DNA of 64,000 nucleotides from a virus (Duplodnaviria; Heunggongvirae; Uroviricota; Caudoviricetes): IMG/VR virus record IMGVR_UViG_3300031998_000001, positions 237,064 to 301,063 of that record. One strand, 5' to 3'. A model generated the notes under the pieces. It saw only the letters and a program-made list of their open reading frames with translations. It searched no databases and was not told the DNA's origin. Position numbers and translations under genes: made by a program. Below, in pieces: positions 29,484 through 38,605 of this stretch. Each line of letters begins with the position of its first letter. The stretch's first letter is position 1.

Positions 29484-30227
29484 TCAGAAAAGTTTGTTCT
29501 TGTTCATTTCAACTTCAATTTCCGCCTCGCGCTTCGCTTCCTCTATCCTTTGTTCGGCAGCATTAACATATTCCTCATTAAGTTCAAAGCCAATGAAATT
29601 GCGGTTCTCCTTGATGCAGGCGACGGCTGTCGTCCCTCCCCCGCAGAACGAGTCGAGGACGGTATCACCCTCGTTGCTTGAAAGAAGTATGAAGTCCCTG
29701 ATGAGTTCGACTGGCTTTCCTGTCGGATGATATTCGTCCGTCTTTACACCAGTCTTTATCTTTCCGTATGTATAGTTGGGATTGTCAGTTGGTATCTTGT
29801 TAAGCCCGTTGCCGTCGTACAGCCTTACGATATAGTCTATGTGGCTACGGAAGAACTTGTAACTAATCATATTAGACACCTGCCTGTCCCATACCAGAAG
29901 ATTGTACCTTATGCCGTGCTCCACTGCATATTTGAGGTAATAGCAGACCTGCATTTCCGAACAAAAGAAATACGAGTTCCATCCGTTTCTGAACTTCGGT
30001 GCTATGGCATCAAGCAGGGTACATATGTGTTCTCCGTCAAAATCTGACATATCGGAGTTTATATAGTTGCCCTTTGATTTTGTCCCCCTGCTGAACCTTT
30101 TGCTTGACATTCCGCCCTTTGTGAAAAGATATGGCGGGTCGGTAACAACCAAGTCGATGCTCCTGTCATCGACAGACCTTATCAGTTCCTTGTAGTTCCC
30201 GTGATATATTCTGTTCAGTTCAAGCAT
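29484..30227 (-). CDS. DNA N6/N4 methyltransferase (beta class)
   Basis: DPPY, HPTGKP, DSFCGGGT; ends KNKLF. Confidence 0.92.
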   Translation of the reverse strand: MLELNRIYHGNYKELIRSVDDRSIDLVVTDPPYLFTKGGMSSKRFSRGTKSKGNYINSDMSDFDGEHICTLLDAIAPKFRNGWNSYFFCSEMQVCYYLKYAVEHGIRYNLLVWDRQVSNMISYKFFRSHIDYIVRLYDGNGLNKIPTDNPNYTYGKIKTGVKTDEYHPTGKPVELIRDFILLSSNEGDTVLDSFCGGGTTAVACIKENRNFIGFELNEEYVNAAEQRIEEAKREAEIEVEMNKNKLF

Positions 30228-30228
30228 A

Positions 30229-31122
30229 TCAGAAAAGTTTGTTCGTTATTTCGGAGATGCGCCACTTGGCGAGCCTCAAATACTTCCTGTCGATTTCAAC
30301 GGCGATGCACTTCCTGCCGAGTTCCATCGATGCGATTGGAACGCTTCCGCATCCGCAGAACGGGTCGAGCACCGTGTCGCCCTCGTTCGTGCTCGCCTCT
30401 ATCAACCGCCTTAAAAGTTTCTGGGGTTTCTGTGTCGGGTGGTATCTCTCCTCGTCATAGAAGTCTATGTCGTCCCATACATCCCCGAAGCCGACCTGCG
30501 GATTGAATGTCTGCGCGACCTTCCCGTACGACAGGTCGAACTTGAGTATCTCGGACAACTTGTCCCACATTTCCTTTTTCGGAAACTGCTCGCATACATT
30601 CCTGCCAGTGTACAGACTCCACATACCGCCCCCGTTCGACTTCACTCCGAGAGCATCGTTTATCTGCTTCGCCGACAAGCCGAGTTCCTTCTGCCTTTCC
30701 TTGAAGAACGGCTTTATGAACCTCTTGTTGTCCTTTATCGCAAAGAGTATGCTTTCGGTGGTGTTCGGGAACATCTTGTAGTTTCTCGTGGCACGCCCCG
30801 ATATTGAGCGCAAGCCCTTGTTCACGACTATCTGCTGGCGGAGTTCAAGCCCCAGTCTTTTCAGGTGCGGGACTATGAGAGCGAGCATTCGGAAGTATCC
30901 GAAGCAGTAGAGCGTACCTCCGCATCTTAATGTTCGGGACGCTTCCGAGAGCCACTTCAAAGTCCACTCCACATAGTCCTTCTCCGTGCGCCAAAGGTAG
31001 TCCCATTTCTCGCCTATCGCCTTGTAGTAGGGCGGGTCCGCTATCACCAAGTCAACGCTTCCGTCTGGTATTGCTTTCATCACTTCGAGGCAATCCCCGT
31101 CGTGCAATATAATGTCTTGCAT
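30229..31122 (-). CDS. DNA N6/N4 methyltransferase (beta class) with inserted HTH
   Basis: DPPY, HPTQKP, DPFCGCGS; HTH-like insert ELGLSAKQINDALG; ends TNKLF. Confidence 0.92.
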   Translation of the reverse strand: MQDIILHDGDCLEVMKAIPDGSVDLVIADPPYYKAIGEKWDYLWRTEKDYVEWTLKWLSEASRTLRCGGTLYCFGYFRMLALIVPHLKRLGLELRQQIVVNKGLRSISGRATRNYKMFPNTTESILFAIKDNKRFIKPFFKERQKELGLSAKQINDALGVKSNGGGMWSLYTGRNVCEQFPKKEMWDKLSEILKFDLSYGKVAQTFNPQVGFGDVWDDIDFYDEERYHPTQKPQKLLRRLIEASTNEGDTVLDPFCGCGSVPIASMELGRKCIAVEIDRKYLRLAKWRISEITNKLF

Positions 31123-31143
31123 ATATATAATATATTAGGTGTG

Positions 31144-31647
31144 TTAGAACAACTTGTTTTTTGTCTGCATATCCACATCGTTCTGGAAAAACCTGTTCAG
31201 CAGGCTCTTGTCCTTTATGCAGGAATACACATTGTCGTACAGCGTCTGCTGGATATGGTTCGGAAGTTCCCTTATCAGCGACAGGTAGTCAAGCCCGAAG
31301 TAGTCGGCAAATATGAGTATCATAAGCGACAGCGGGCAGTCCTTGCTGAACTTCTCGTAAACAATCATAAACGATGTTATGAAGTCCGCTGCCGTGCATT
31401 TCTTCCCGTTCTCGTCCGCTATGTTGTTATACTTGCCGTACGGTGATGACGCTATGTATGCCGTGATAGCGTTCTCGACATCGTTGAACTTGTCGCCTTC
31501 TATCTGCGCAAGTGCCTCCTCGTTGAGCGCGTTGGTCAAGTCCTTCTGCACATCCGTCAGGTCGAAATCGGTTGTATAGTCGGCATCCCCGTCATAGTAT
31601 TTAGATTTCAGTTTGCTGACATCTATGCTCTTGCCTTTCTGTCCCAT
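31144..31647 (-). CDS. putative late-transcription coactivator (T4 gp33-like)
   Basis: Acidic N-terminus, helical core ILIFADYFGLDYLSLIRELPNHIQQTL, C-terminal KNKLF tag. Confidence 0.45.
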   Translation of the reverse strand: MGQKGKSIDVSKLKSKYYDGDADYTTDFDLTDVQKDLTNALNEEALAQIEGDKFNDVENAITAYIASSPYGKYNNIADENGKKCTAADFITSFMIVYEKFSKDCPLSLMILIFADYFGLDYLSLIRELPNHIQQTLYDNVYSCIKDKSLLNRFFQNDVDMQTKNKLF

Positions 31648-31696
31648 AGTAGTATAGTGTTTAATATCTATTATTATTTATACCCGTGTTGCCCTT

Positions 31697-31725
31697 AATA
31701 TATTGTAAACTTTCTCCGATTTCAG
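31697..31725 (-). promoter_or_regulatory. CTGAAA-N17-TATATT phage promoter driving the gp33-like/MTase operon
   Basis: Exact match; a TATAAATA also lies at 31675-31682 on minus strand. Confidence 0.8.
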
Positions 31726-31963
31726 AAAATATGTGAAATTTATTTCCACCCCCTCTTTTTCCACAAACATTATATATTAGAAATATATAATGTCGTTCCG
31801 CTTTTTGCTCCATCCGGGCGTTTTTGGGAATTTTTCGGGTGCTTCGAGCGAAGAAAAACACCGATTTTTATGATTTTTTGGGTGAAAAATCAACATTTTT
31901 ACCCTTGTAACTTTCTGGTAATTATGTACTTATAACTTTTTTTTAAAAAAATCAAAAAAATAT

Positions 31964-31992
31964 TTTGCGAATTAAATAATTCATTATATTTG
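31964..31992 (+). promoter_or_regulatory. Bacteroidetes housekeeping promoter (TTTG ... TAnnTTTG)
   Basis: TTTG at 31964-31967 and TATATTTG at 31985-31992 upstream of the sigma gene. Confidence 0.65.
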
Positions 31993-32038
31993 CAATAGAA
32001 ACAAACAACAAAATGTCAAACCAAAAAACACAAACAAA

Positions 32039-32620
32039 ATGAAATCACAAGCAACAAATTCAGGAAAGCCCTCATTTGACGAGGCAGTAAAGGCAGAATC
32101 ATTCAAGAACATTGTTCGCAACCTCTGCAAGAAGCACAATAAGATTAACGACCCAGACTGGGAACAAGAGTTTCAAATCGCTCTCTGGGAAGGTATCACA
32201 AAGTACAATCCCGAACGCGGTGAGTTCTGGTCTTACATATACTTCGTACTGTCAAGCCGCGCTATCGAACTGGCAGCGAAGGACAGGCTCGTCCAACTTC
32301 CACACGACACTATCTGCGGTAATCACGGCAGAGCAGTAGAACGCAATGTCGCGCTCGAACTGAAGGAAGAGGTCATAGCAGATAATGACGACTATCTGGT
32401 CGAGGACGCAACGACCGCAATCGCACTCCGTCAGGCTCTCGACAGGCTCACACCGGACGAGAGATACTTAATCGAGGTCAAGTACGGTATGCGAAAGGGC
32501 AACGGCGAATACACAGGCGAACAGGTTGACAAGATAGCCGCTGAAATCGGTTACTCACGGTCAAAGTCGTGGAACTTGCACGACAGCGCAGTGTCAAAGT
32601 TACGCAAAATGTTACGCTAA
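32039..32620 (+). CDS. RNA polymerase sigma-70-family factor
   Basis: Region 2 D.EQE..IALWE.I.KYNPERG.F.SY; region 4 ALDRLTPDER..I...YG..IA.EIGYSR..A..KLR. Confidence 0.88.
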   Translation: MKSQATNSGKPSFDEAVKAESFKNIVRNLCKKHNKINDPDWEQEFQIALWEGITKYNPERGEFWSYIYFVLSSRAIELAAKDRLVQLPHDTICGNHGRAVERNVALELKEEVIADNDDYLVEDATTAIALRQALDRLTPDERYLIEVKYGMRKGNGEYTGEQVDKIAAEIGYSRSKSWNLHDSAVSKLRKMLR

Positions 32621-32632
32621 AATTCACAGGCG

Positions 32633-32875
32633 ATGGAAACAAAACTCACTTCACCCATTACAGCAACTCTCCTGCAACCAGACAGACGCTGGGCAGGGGA
32701 GTTGGTTGCATCCGAAGTTGAACTTCGGGAGTATGCACGCAACTCGTTCCTGCGCGACAATCATATCAAGTACCGCAAGTATTGCGAGGAGTGGCTCTCT
32801 GGGCTTACACCAGAGCAGTGGGAAGGAATTAAGATTTGGAAATATTACGAAGAGTCGGGGAACTTGAAGAAGTAG
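32633..32875 (+). CDS. hypothetical protein
   Basis: 80 aa after sigma gene. Confidence 0.6.
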   Translation: METKLTSPITATLLQPDRRWAGELVASEVELREYARNSFLRDNHIKYRKYCEEWLSGLTPEQWEGIKIWKYYEESGNLKK

Positions 32876-32923
32876 CACCCCTCTGGCGCATATAAATATA
32901 ACGATTATATATTTAATTTTCAA

Positions 32924-33229
32924 ATGACAACAGAAAAGGAAAGGGAACTTCGGGACAAGATGGTGTCGGTGATAGCCGACATCCTGCCAGAGCGTTTCAA
33001 TGTTCAGGCGGAAATGTGCGTTGAACTTGCCGACAACACGACCGAATATACGGACTGCACGGCGGGCGACAGCCTTGCGTCAGACCTTCTCGTAACCCGC
33101 GTGTATCTTGCGGACGGGAATGTTATGGCGGACTGTCGGGACACTTGCTTCAAGAAGGACTTGCAGATACCGCTCGCCGAGTTCAGCGAGGGCAATGTCG
33201 AGAGTATATTACGGGCTGTGTTATGGTAG
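32924..33229 (+). CDS. hypothetical protein
   Basis: 101 aa; TATAAATA just upstream (about 32891). Confidence 0.6.
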   Translation: MTTEKERELRDKMVSVIADILPERFNVQAEMCVELADNTTEYTDCTAGDSLASDLLVTRVYLADGNVMADCRDTCFKKDLQIPLAEFSEGNVESILRAVLW

Positions 33230-33618
33230 CGGATGCGGTTTCAAGCCTGCGCGGTGAGATACCGCCGAGAGGGGACTACCGCAACTGCGACAACCCCTAC
33301 TTCATAATCAACTTCTTCATTGACGGGAAGTCCGAACCGCTGTACGAACTCGAAGAGATACTCGTGTCATACGAGATTGACGATGTGAGGAAGACACTCG
33401 AAATAGAGTTCCATACATTCGTCCGCGTAGGGAGCAACCCCTGCGAGGCGTTGAAGGACTTTCGGGAACTGAAGATAATTATGTACCGCCTCGACAGGAA
33501 GGGCGAATGCACCGCACGGAGGGAGTTCAACAACTGCCGTGTCCTTTCACACGCCCAGCGCATAATAAAGGGCGGGGTGAGGCGCATAAAGGAGACATTC
33601 GTGTTCTCGTTTGAATAA
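33223..33618 (+). CDS. hypothetical protein
   Basis: Start refined to MVADAV, overlapping upstream stop. Confidence 0.6.
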   Translation: MVADAVSSLRGEIPPRGDYRNCDNPYFIINFFIDGKSEPLYELEEILVSYEIDDVRKTLEIEFHTFVRVGSNPCEALKDFRELKIIMYRLDRKGECTARREFNNCRVLSHAQRIIKGGVRRIKETFVFSFE

Positions 33619-33637
33619 CACTTAACACATATACATT

Positions 33638-34084
33638 ATGAGCAAGGAAGAATATCTACATTCAATCGGGCGGAGAATAGAACGCCTTGATGACATATAC
33701 GAAGGTATAACGACATACCTCATCGGGGAACTCTCGAAGGGGGACAACTGCACGGACGCGGTGGTCGGGAACTTCGACTACAAGGACTGCATATACATCG
33801 TTGCCGACGGGGGCGAGAGGGAGTCCGTCAAGAAAAGGCTCGGCGAGAGGGAGGTAAGGAAGATAATCACATTCAACGAGTGCAGGCGGGAGCGTATGCT
33901 CGGTATGTCGTACCCGTTGCTCGTCAGCCACCGTGCGCTTATGAAGTTTATGAGCAGGTCGCTCGCGCTCGGTGAACTCCGTGTAGCATCGAAGTTGAAC
34001 AAAATCGGCTTTTTCCAACGGCTGAAATTCCTGTTCGGTGGCGAAATCAACGACCTCGTGTCGTTCGACATAGAAGCCATCTGA
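33638..34084 (+). CDS. hypothetical protein
   Basis: 148 aa. Confidence 0.65.
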   Translation: MSKEEYLHSIGRRIERLDDIYEGITTYLIGELSKGDNCTDAVVGNFDYKDCIYIVADGGERESVKKRLGEREVRKIITFNECRRERMLGMSYPLLVSHRALMKFMSRSLALGELRVASKLNKIGFFQRLKFLFGGEINDLVSFDIEAI

Positions 34085-34131
34085 CTATAAATAAGCAATA
34101 TATAACAAAAATAACCGTGCTGGATTTTTTT

Positions 34132-34160
34132 CTGAAATCCGTGCGGTTTTCCTATATATT
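34132..34160 (+). promoter_or_regulatory. CTGAAA-N17-TATATT phage promoter driving the polymerase operon
   Basis: Exact match. Confidence 0.8.
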
Positions 34161-34185
34161 GAAATTACAAAGACTACTGCGAACT

Positions 34186-34686
34186 ATGAACGACGACACA
34201 AAGAAACTCATACTTGAAAAGGCAAAGGAGCAGGAGATACTCGGCAACGAATATGTATCGCTGGAACAGGGTGCGAAAATCCTGATAAACGGCGCATACG
34301 GGGCTACTGGAACGCCAGCATTCGGATTCTATGACAGGGACTTCGCGGAGTGCATAACCAAGCAGGGCAAGAACGCCATACTCTATGCGGAAAGGTGCAT
34401 CAACAGTTACTTTATGAACGAGTGGGTACACGATACTGGGCTTCACAGGGCGATGGGCATAGAGGTTCACGGTGAGGTCAAGGGCGAGGTCAGCGTTTAC
34501 ATTGACACGGATTCGCTGGCTGGCGATTCTCTTATAACATTGTCGGATGATGTAATTGCCGTTGAAACGGAACACGGCATCAAAGTCTATCGTATGGACG
34601 ATAAAGTCAAGATACGCCGTAATGATATTGAAATGGAGATTTCGGCATCGGAAATGAAAGACGATGATATGCTAATTGTGGAATAA
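34186..34686 (+). CDS. polB: DNA polymerase B middle piece (motif B to YIDTD) fused to N-terminal split intein (34513-34683)
   Basis: KILINGAYG motif B, AECIT.QG, YIDTD followed by intein block A SLAGDSLI. Confidence 0.9.
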   Translation: MNDDTKKLILEKAKEQEILGNEYVSLEQGAKILINGAYGATGTPAFGFYDRDFAECITKQGKNAILYAERCINSYFMNEWVHDTGLHRAMGIEVHGEVKGEVSVYIDTDSLAGDSLITLSDDVIAVETEHGIKVYRMDDKVKIRRNDIEMEISASEMKDDDMLIVE

Positions 34687-35894
34687 TGGGCGGTATGGTG
34701 CATATTACACAGGACATATTGACGGGGCTTGAAGGCAACGGGACGACCAAATGCGAATGCTGCGGCAAATCAATCTGGTATGACACGACAAAGGTGTATA
34801 TGAGAAGCAACGGTACATATGGTAACAAATACGAGGGTACTACATACAGGAGTTCCAAAAACATATATGGTGTGAAGTACCCAATTCGTGTATGCCAAAA
34901 ATGCCTTGAAGAAAAATATCCAGACTTCGCGGATAAAAACAAATCAAGAATATTCAACACATTCAACAAGTATGTGGCGTATGCCTTTGGGATACCTGAT
35001 GAAATAATAAGAAAGAAAAACCAGTCGAGTGCCATTACCCTTGAGAATTGCATAAGAAAGTATGGCGAGGAAAGGGGAACTGAAATGTTCAATGAGTATA
35101 AAAGAAAGCAGGCATATTCCAATACATTCGAGTACAAGAGGGATAAGTTCGGATGGTCAAAGGAGCAGTTTGACAAGTATAACGCTTCAAGGGCTATCAC
35201 AATGTCCAATTTAATAAAACGGCACGGTGATGATGAAGGTATGCGAATCTGGAAGCAATATATCGAAAGGCAATCGTACACATCAACTTCCAAATATTTG
35301 TCCGAAATGTATGACGAATATGACAAGGAAACGATACGGTTGCTGAAATCCTGCAAGTTGGAAGGGTTCATTAGGCGTTATGGTGAAAGTGAAGGGTGTA
35401 GAAGATACGATGATTTTATAAACACCATCACTAAAAGGGATTGCAACACAGACAAGTATCACCAGTCCGAGATTGGCTTTAACTTCTTTGAGAAACTAAT
35501 TGAAAAGTTATCGGAGTCGGGGTGTCATTTCAAATATTATTATGGGGATTGCGAATTTAAGAAATATTCACACATAACGAACTCGTTGTACTCGCTGGAC
35601 TTTTATATACCCGAATTGAATGTTGCCGTTGAATTTAACGGAGACTACTGGCACGCCAATCCAGACATATACGAAGCCGATTGGTTTCACCCAGTAAAGA
35701 AACAATATGCCCGCGACATTTGGAAGCACGACAAGGAAAGGACTGAAGTTATTGAACAGGAATTTGGTATGACGGTATTTGTGGTGTGGGAAAAATCCAT
35801 TCTTACAGCAGAGAATATGGACAATACTATTTGTGAACTTTTAAATAAGATAAGGTATGTATCAGAAAATCAAGAAAATCACAAAAACGAATAA
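34686..35894 (+). CDS. free-standing homing endonuclease (Vsr/EDxHD-like C-terminal domain)
   Basis: Repeated KYGEE.G..[FY] units; DFYIPELNVAVEFNGDYWHANP; AT-richer; sits between the intein halves. Confidence 0.82.
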   Translation: MGGMVHITQDILTGLEGNGTTKCECCGKSIWYDTTKVYMRSNGTYGNKYEGTTYRSSKNIYGVKYPIRVCQKCLEEKYPDFADKNKSRIFNTFNKYVAYAFGIPDEIIRKKNQSSAITLENCIRKYGEERGTEMFNEYKRKQAYSNTFEYKRDKFGWSKEQFDKYNASRAITMSNLIKRHGDDEGMRIWKQYIERQSYTSTSKYLSEMYDEYDKETIRLLKSCKLEGFIRRYGESEGCRRYDDFINTITKRDCNTDKYHQSEIGFNFFEKLIEKLSESGCHFKYYYGDCEFKKYSHITNSLYSLDFYIPELNVAVEFNGDYWHANPDIYEADWFHPVKKQYARDIWKHDKERTEVIEQEFGMTVFVVWEKSILTAENMDNTICELLNKIRYVSENQENHKNE

Positions 35895-37332
35895 AATTAC
35901 AATCGAGCAGTTGTATGCACTCGGCAGACAGAATATGGGTTCTACCCCGAATGGGCACGAAAGCGTTGACTGCCCGTTCGGTATCCTTAACATAGGCAAT
36001 GACCTGCAAGCATATTACGGAGATGTAAGGCGTGTGATAAGGCACAAGGTCTCGAAGGAAAAGTGGGCTGTTGAGGATTGCTTCGGTAATGTGGTTTTCG
36101 TCACCGGCGACCACTCGCTTATGGTTATGCGCAACGGGGTGCTGGTAAAATCTACCCCGAAGGAGATGTGCGTTGATACCGATATGCTTGTGTCGGTTAC
36201 AGAAGGCGATATTACGGCAAATGGCATCGTGCGATGCGAATGTGTCGGGGTGTTTGACGATGAATATGTATATGATATTGAAATGAACGACGACACGCAT
36301 ACTTTTGTTGCGAACAATATGCTTGTCCATAATTCCTGTTACACATCCTACGACCAGATTATAGCCACTACGGACTGGTGCTACAAGGAGGGTGAGACGA
36401 ACTGGCGCATAAAGTTCCGCAAGCCGAACGACAAGCCTAACGAATACCGATACAGGTATTTCTGCGGGCGCAGGTCGGAGGAGTATGTGAAGCGGATATT
36501 CGGGCTTGACAACAAGGAGAAGGTCGCCGAGTATGAACTCGAAAGGGTGAGGGGCGAGGTAAAGGACTTCGTGCTTCTCATCAACGAACTCAAGATGGAA
36601 AAGTATTTCAGGCTGTGCTTCGACAGGTATGCCGAAATGTTGCAGACGGAGAACTACCTCGACTTTGAACTTGAGACATATTCGGACGCTGGCATCTGGC
36701 TCGCCAAGAAGAAGTATGTGCAGAACTTGCGCTGGAGCGACAAGTTGTCGAAGATTGACTGCTACCCGCCGTACTCGAAGATTAAGGCGAAGGGGATAGA
36801 GATGATACAGGCATCCGCCCCAGCCGCAGCGAGAAAAATCATAAAGAAGATTGTGGTGTGGATGTTCGAGCATCAGGGCTTCACGATAAACGAACTCCGC
36901 GACCAAGTGAAGGAGTGTCGGGCGGTGTTCGACAATTCCGACCCGAACGATATGTGCTGGAACAAGAAGCCCAACGGCTACGGCAACTATGTGCTGAAGG
37001 ACGATGTTGAACTTGTGCTCGCATCAAAGTGCCCGCCCACAATCTCGGCTTGCGCCCTGTACAACTACCTGCTGAAGCACAACGCCAGACTTATGAGCAA
37101 GTACCCGCTTCTTCGGGACGGAAACAAGTACAAGTATTATTACTGCGTGCCGATGCACGGGATTGAGATGTTCGCATACGAGGCTGGGCTTCTCCCGAAG
37201 GAGTTTGCGCCAGCGATAGACAAGGATGCCTGCTTCGAGCACGGGGTGCTCGACCCGCTGAACAGGATTATAACATCAATGGGCTTCAACAAGTTGTCCG
37301 TAAAACTCGAAGCGTTCAACAAGTTGTTTTAG
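35857..37332 (+). CDS. polB: C-terminal split intein (35857-36333) fused to DNA polymerase B palm/thumb
   Basis: Block B VTGDHS, YVYDIE, LVHN|S junction; KKKY, KAKGIE; ends FNKLF. Confidence 0.9.
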   Translation: MYQKIKKITKTNKITIEQLYALGRQNMGSTPNGHESVDCPFGILNIGNDLQAYYGDVRRVIRHKVSKEKWAVEDCFGNVVFVTGDHSLMVMRNGVLVKSTPKEMCVDTDMLVSVTEGDITANGIVRCECVGVFDDEYVYDIEMNDDTHTFVANNMLVHNSCYTSYDQIIATTDWCYKEGETNWRIKFRKPNDKPNEYRYRYFCGRRSEEYVKRIFGLDNKEKVAEYELERVRGEVKDFVLLINELKMEKYFRLCFDRYAEMLQTENYLDFELETYSDAGIWLAKKKYVQNLRWSDKLSKIDCYPPYSKIKAKGIEMIQASAPAAARKIIKKIVVWMFEHQGFTINELRDQVKECRAVFDNSDPNDMCWNKKPNGYGNYVLKDDVELVLASKCPPTISACALYNYLLKHNARLMSKYPLLRDGNKYKYYYCVPMHGIEMFAYEAGLLPKEFAPAIDKDACFEHGVLDPLNRIITSMGFNKLSVKLEAFNKLF

Positions 37333-37341
37333 GAGGTTCAT

Positions 37342-38127
37342 ATGGAAATCAGGGGAAAGGTACACTGCTTCTTCGAGCAATCGGGAACATTCAAGAACGA
37401 GTTTATCAGGTTGGGGATACCAGCGGAGGACTACGACCTGAAGGACAACTTCGGTCAGACGGATAATGTCGTTGATTTGTTCGATGCGATAGAGGACGCA
37501 TACGAAGGCAAGCCGAGCCTGTTCGACAATATAACGCCAGACGATTTGATATTCGCCTTCTTCCCGTGCATAAAGTTCTGCAATGTGGCGGAGTTCAACC
37601 AGAGTTCAAAGGCTGATGTTATGCGCAGGCACGGCGCGTCGGTAGAAAAGGTGTACGCCTACCTGAAGAAGGAGAGCGACGAGAGGTATTTCTTCTACCA
37701 GAAATGCCTGAAAATGCACGCAGTCGTGGAGATGCGCGGGCTTCGTATGATAATGGAAAACCCGTGGGGCGAACTCAACTACACAAACCACTTCTGGTTC
37801 AAGAAGGTGACGCTGATAGACAGGGACAGGACGAAAAGGGGCGACTACTTCGTCAAGCCCACTGGATACTGGTACACGAACTGCGAGCCGACTATGCTCG
37901 AAACATACCAGCCCGTAGCACCAGAGAAGCGCAAATGGGTGTCGGCTGGAAGTTGGACGGACGATGTGCATAAGTTTACATCGGAGCAGGTGGCGAAGCC
38001 GTCAAGGAAGATGGGCGAGTGTTCGGAGGAACGCTCGCTGATTAGCCCAGACTACGCCCGCAACTTCATCTGCGACTTCGTGCTTGGGATAAGGCAGGAC
38101 GGGATAACGAAAGGCAAACTATTCTAA
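37342..38127 (+). CDS. divergent C5-cytosine methyltransferase-like protein
   Basis: FEQSG (motif-I-like), DLIFAFFPC (motif IV), MENP (motif VI), KPT; ends KGKLF. Confidence 0.65.
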   Translation: MEIRGKVHCFFEQSGTFKNEFIRLGIPAEDYDLKDNFGQTDNVVDLFDAIEDAYEGKPSLFDNITPDDLIFAFFPCIKFCNVAEFNQSSKADVMRRHGASVEKVYAYLKKESDERYFFYQKCLKMHAVVEMRGLRMIMENPWGELNYTNHFWFKKVTLIDRDRTKRGDYFVKPTGYWYTNCEPTMLETYQPVAPEKRKWVSAGSWTDDVHKFTSEQVAKPSRKMGECSEERSLISPDYARNFICDFVLGIRQDGITKGKLF

Positions 38128-38149
38128 CGCAATAAATAGATTATATATT

Positions 38150-38605
38150 ATGAAGAATTTTGACGACACCAAGACGGTTGCGAACAACGCGAAACTCGAA
38201 GCCGAGTTCCGTGACGAGCGTGCCGACTGGAATGTGAAGATAGGCGAACTGCTTGACAGCGTGCGCAACAACAGCAGGCTTTCGGAGGCGCAGGCTTTCG
38301 GGCTTTCGTACAGGCAGATGCTCGTGGAGAAGATGACGCAGTACAGGATTGCGATGCACAAGAAGTCTGGCACTTTCGACAAGGTGAAGGTCGAGAGGTA
38401 CAAGCAGTATATGACGGAGGGCGACTACAAACTCACGGCTTCGGAGAGGGCTGACTTCGTTTCCGCAGACCTCTCGGCGGTGAAACTCCAGTTGCAGTTG
38501 CTCCAAGACCAGATAGACTGGATTGCCGAGACATTGCAGACGCTTTCGAGTTTGCAGTTCGCCATAAAGAACAAGATTGAAATCATAAAGGAGGAAATCG
38601 CGTAA
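38150..38605 (+). CDS. uvsY: recombination mediator UvsY-like
   Basis: Helical protein with FVSAD...F.IKNKIE C-terminal signature. Confidence 0.7.
   Translation: MKNFDDTKTVANNAKLEAEFRDERADWNVKIGELLDSVRNNSRLSEAQAFGLSYRQMLVEKMTQYRIAMHKKSGTFDKVKVERYKQYMTEGDYKLTASERADFVSADLSAVKLQLQLLQDQIDWIAETLQTLSSLQFAIKNKIEIIKEEIA

Noticed and set aside
26999-31122. Restriction-modification or BREX/DISARM defence island
   Set aside because: No nuclease, helicase or ATPase partners are present; these are orphan MTases in a phage context.
34513-36333. Group I intron interrupting the polymerase
   Set aside because: The ORFs abut or overlap with no room for a ribozyme core, and intein blocks A, B, F and G explain the layout.
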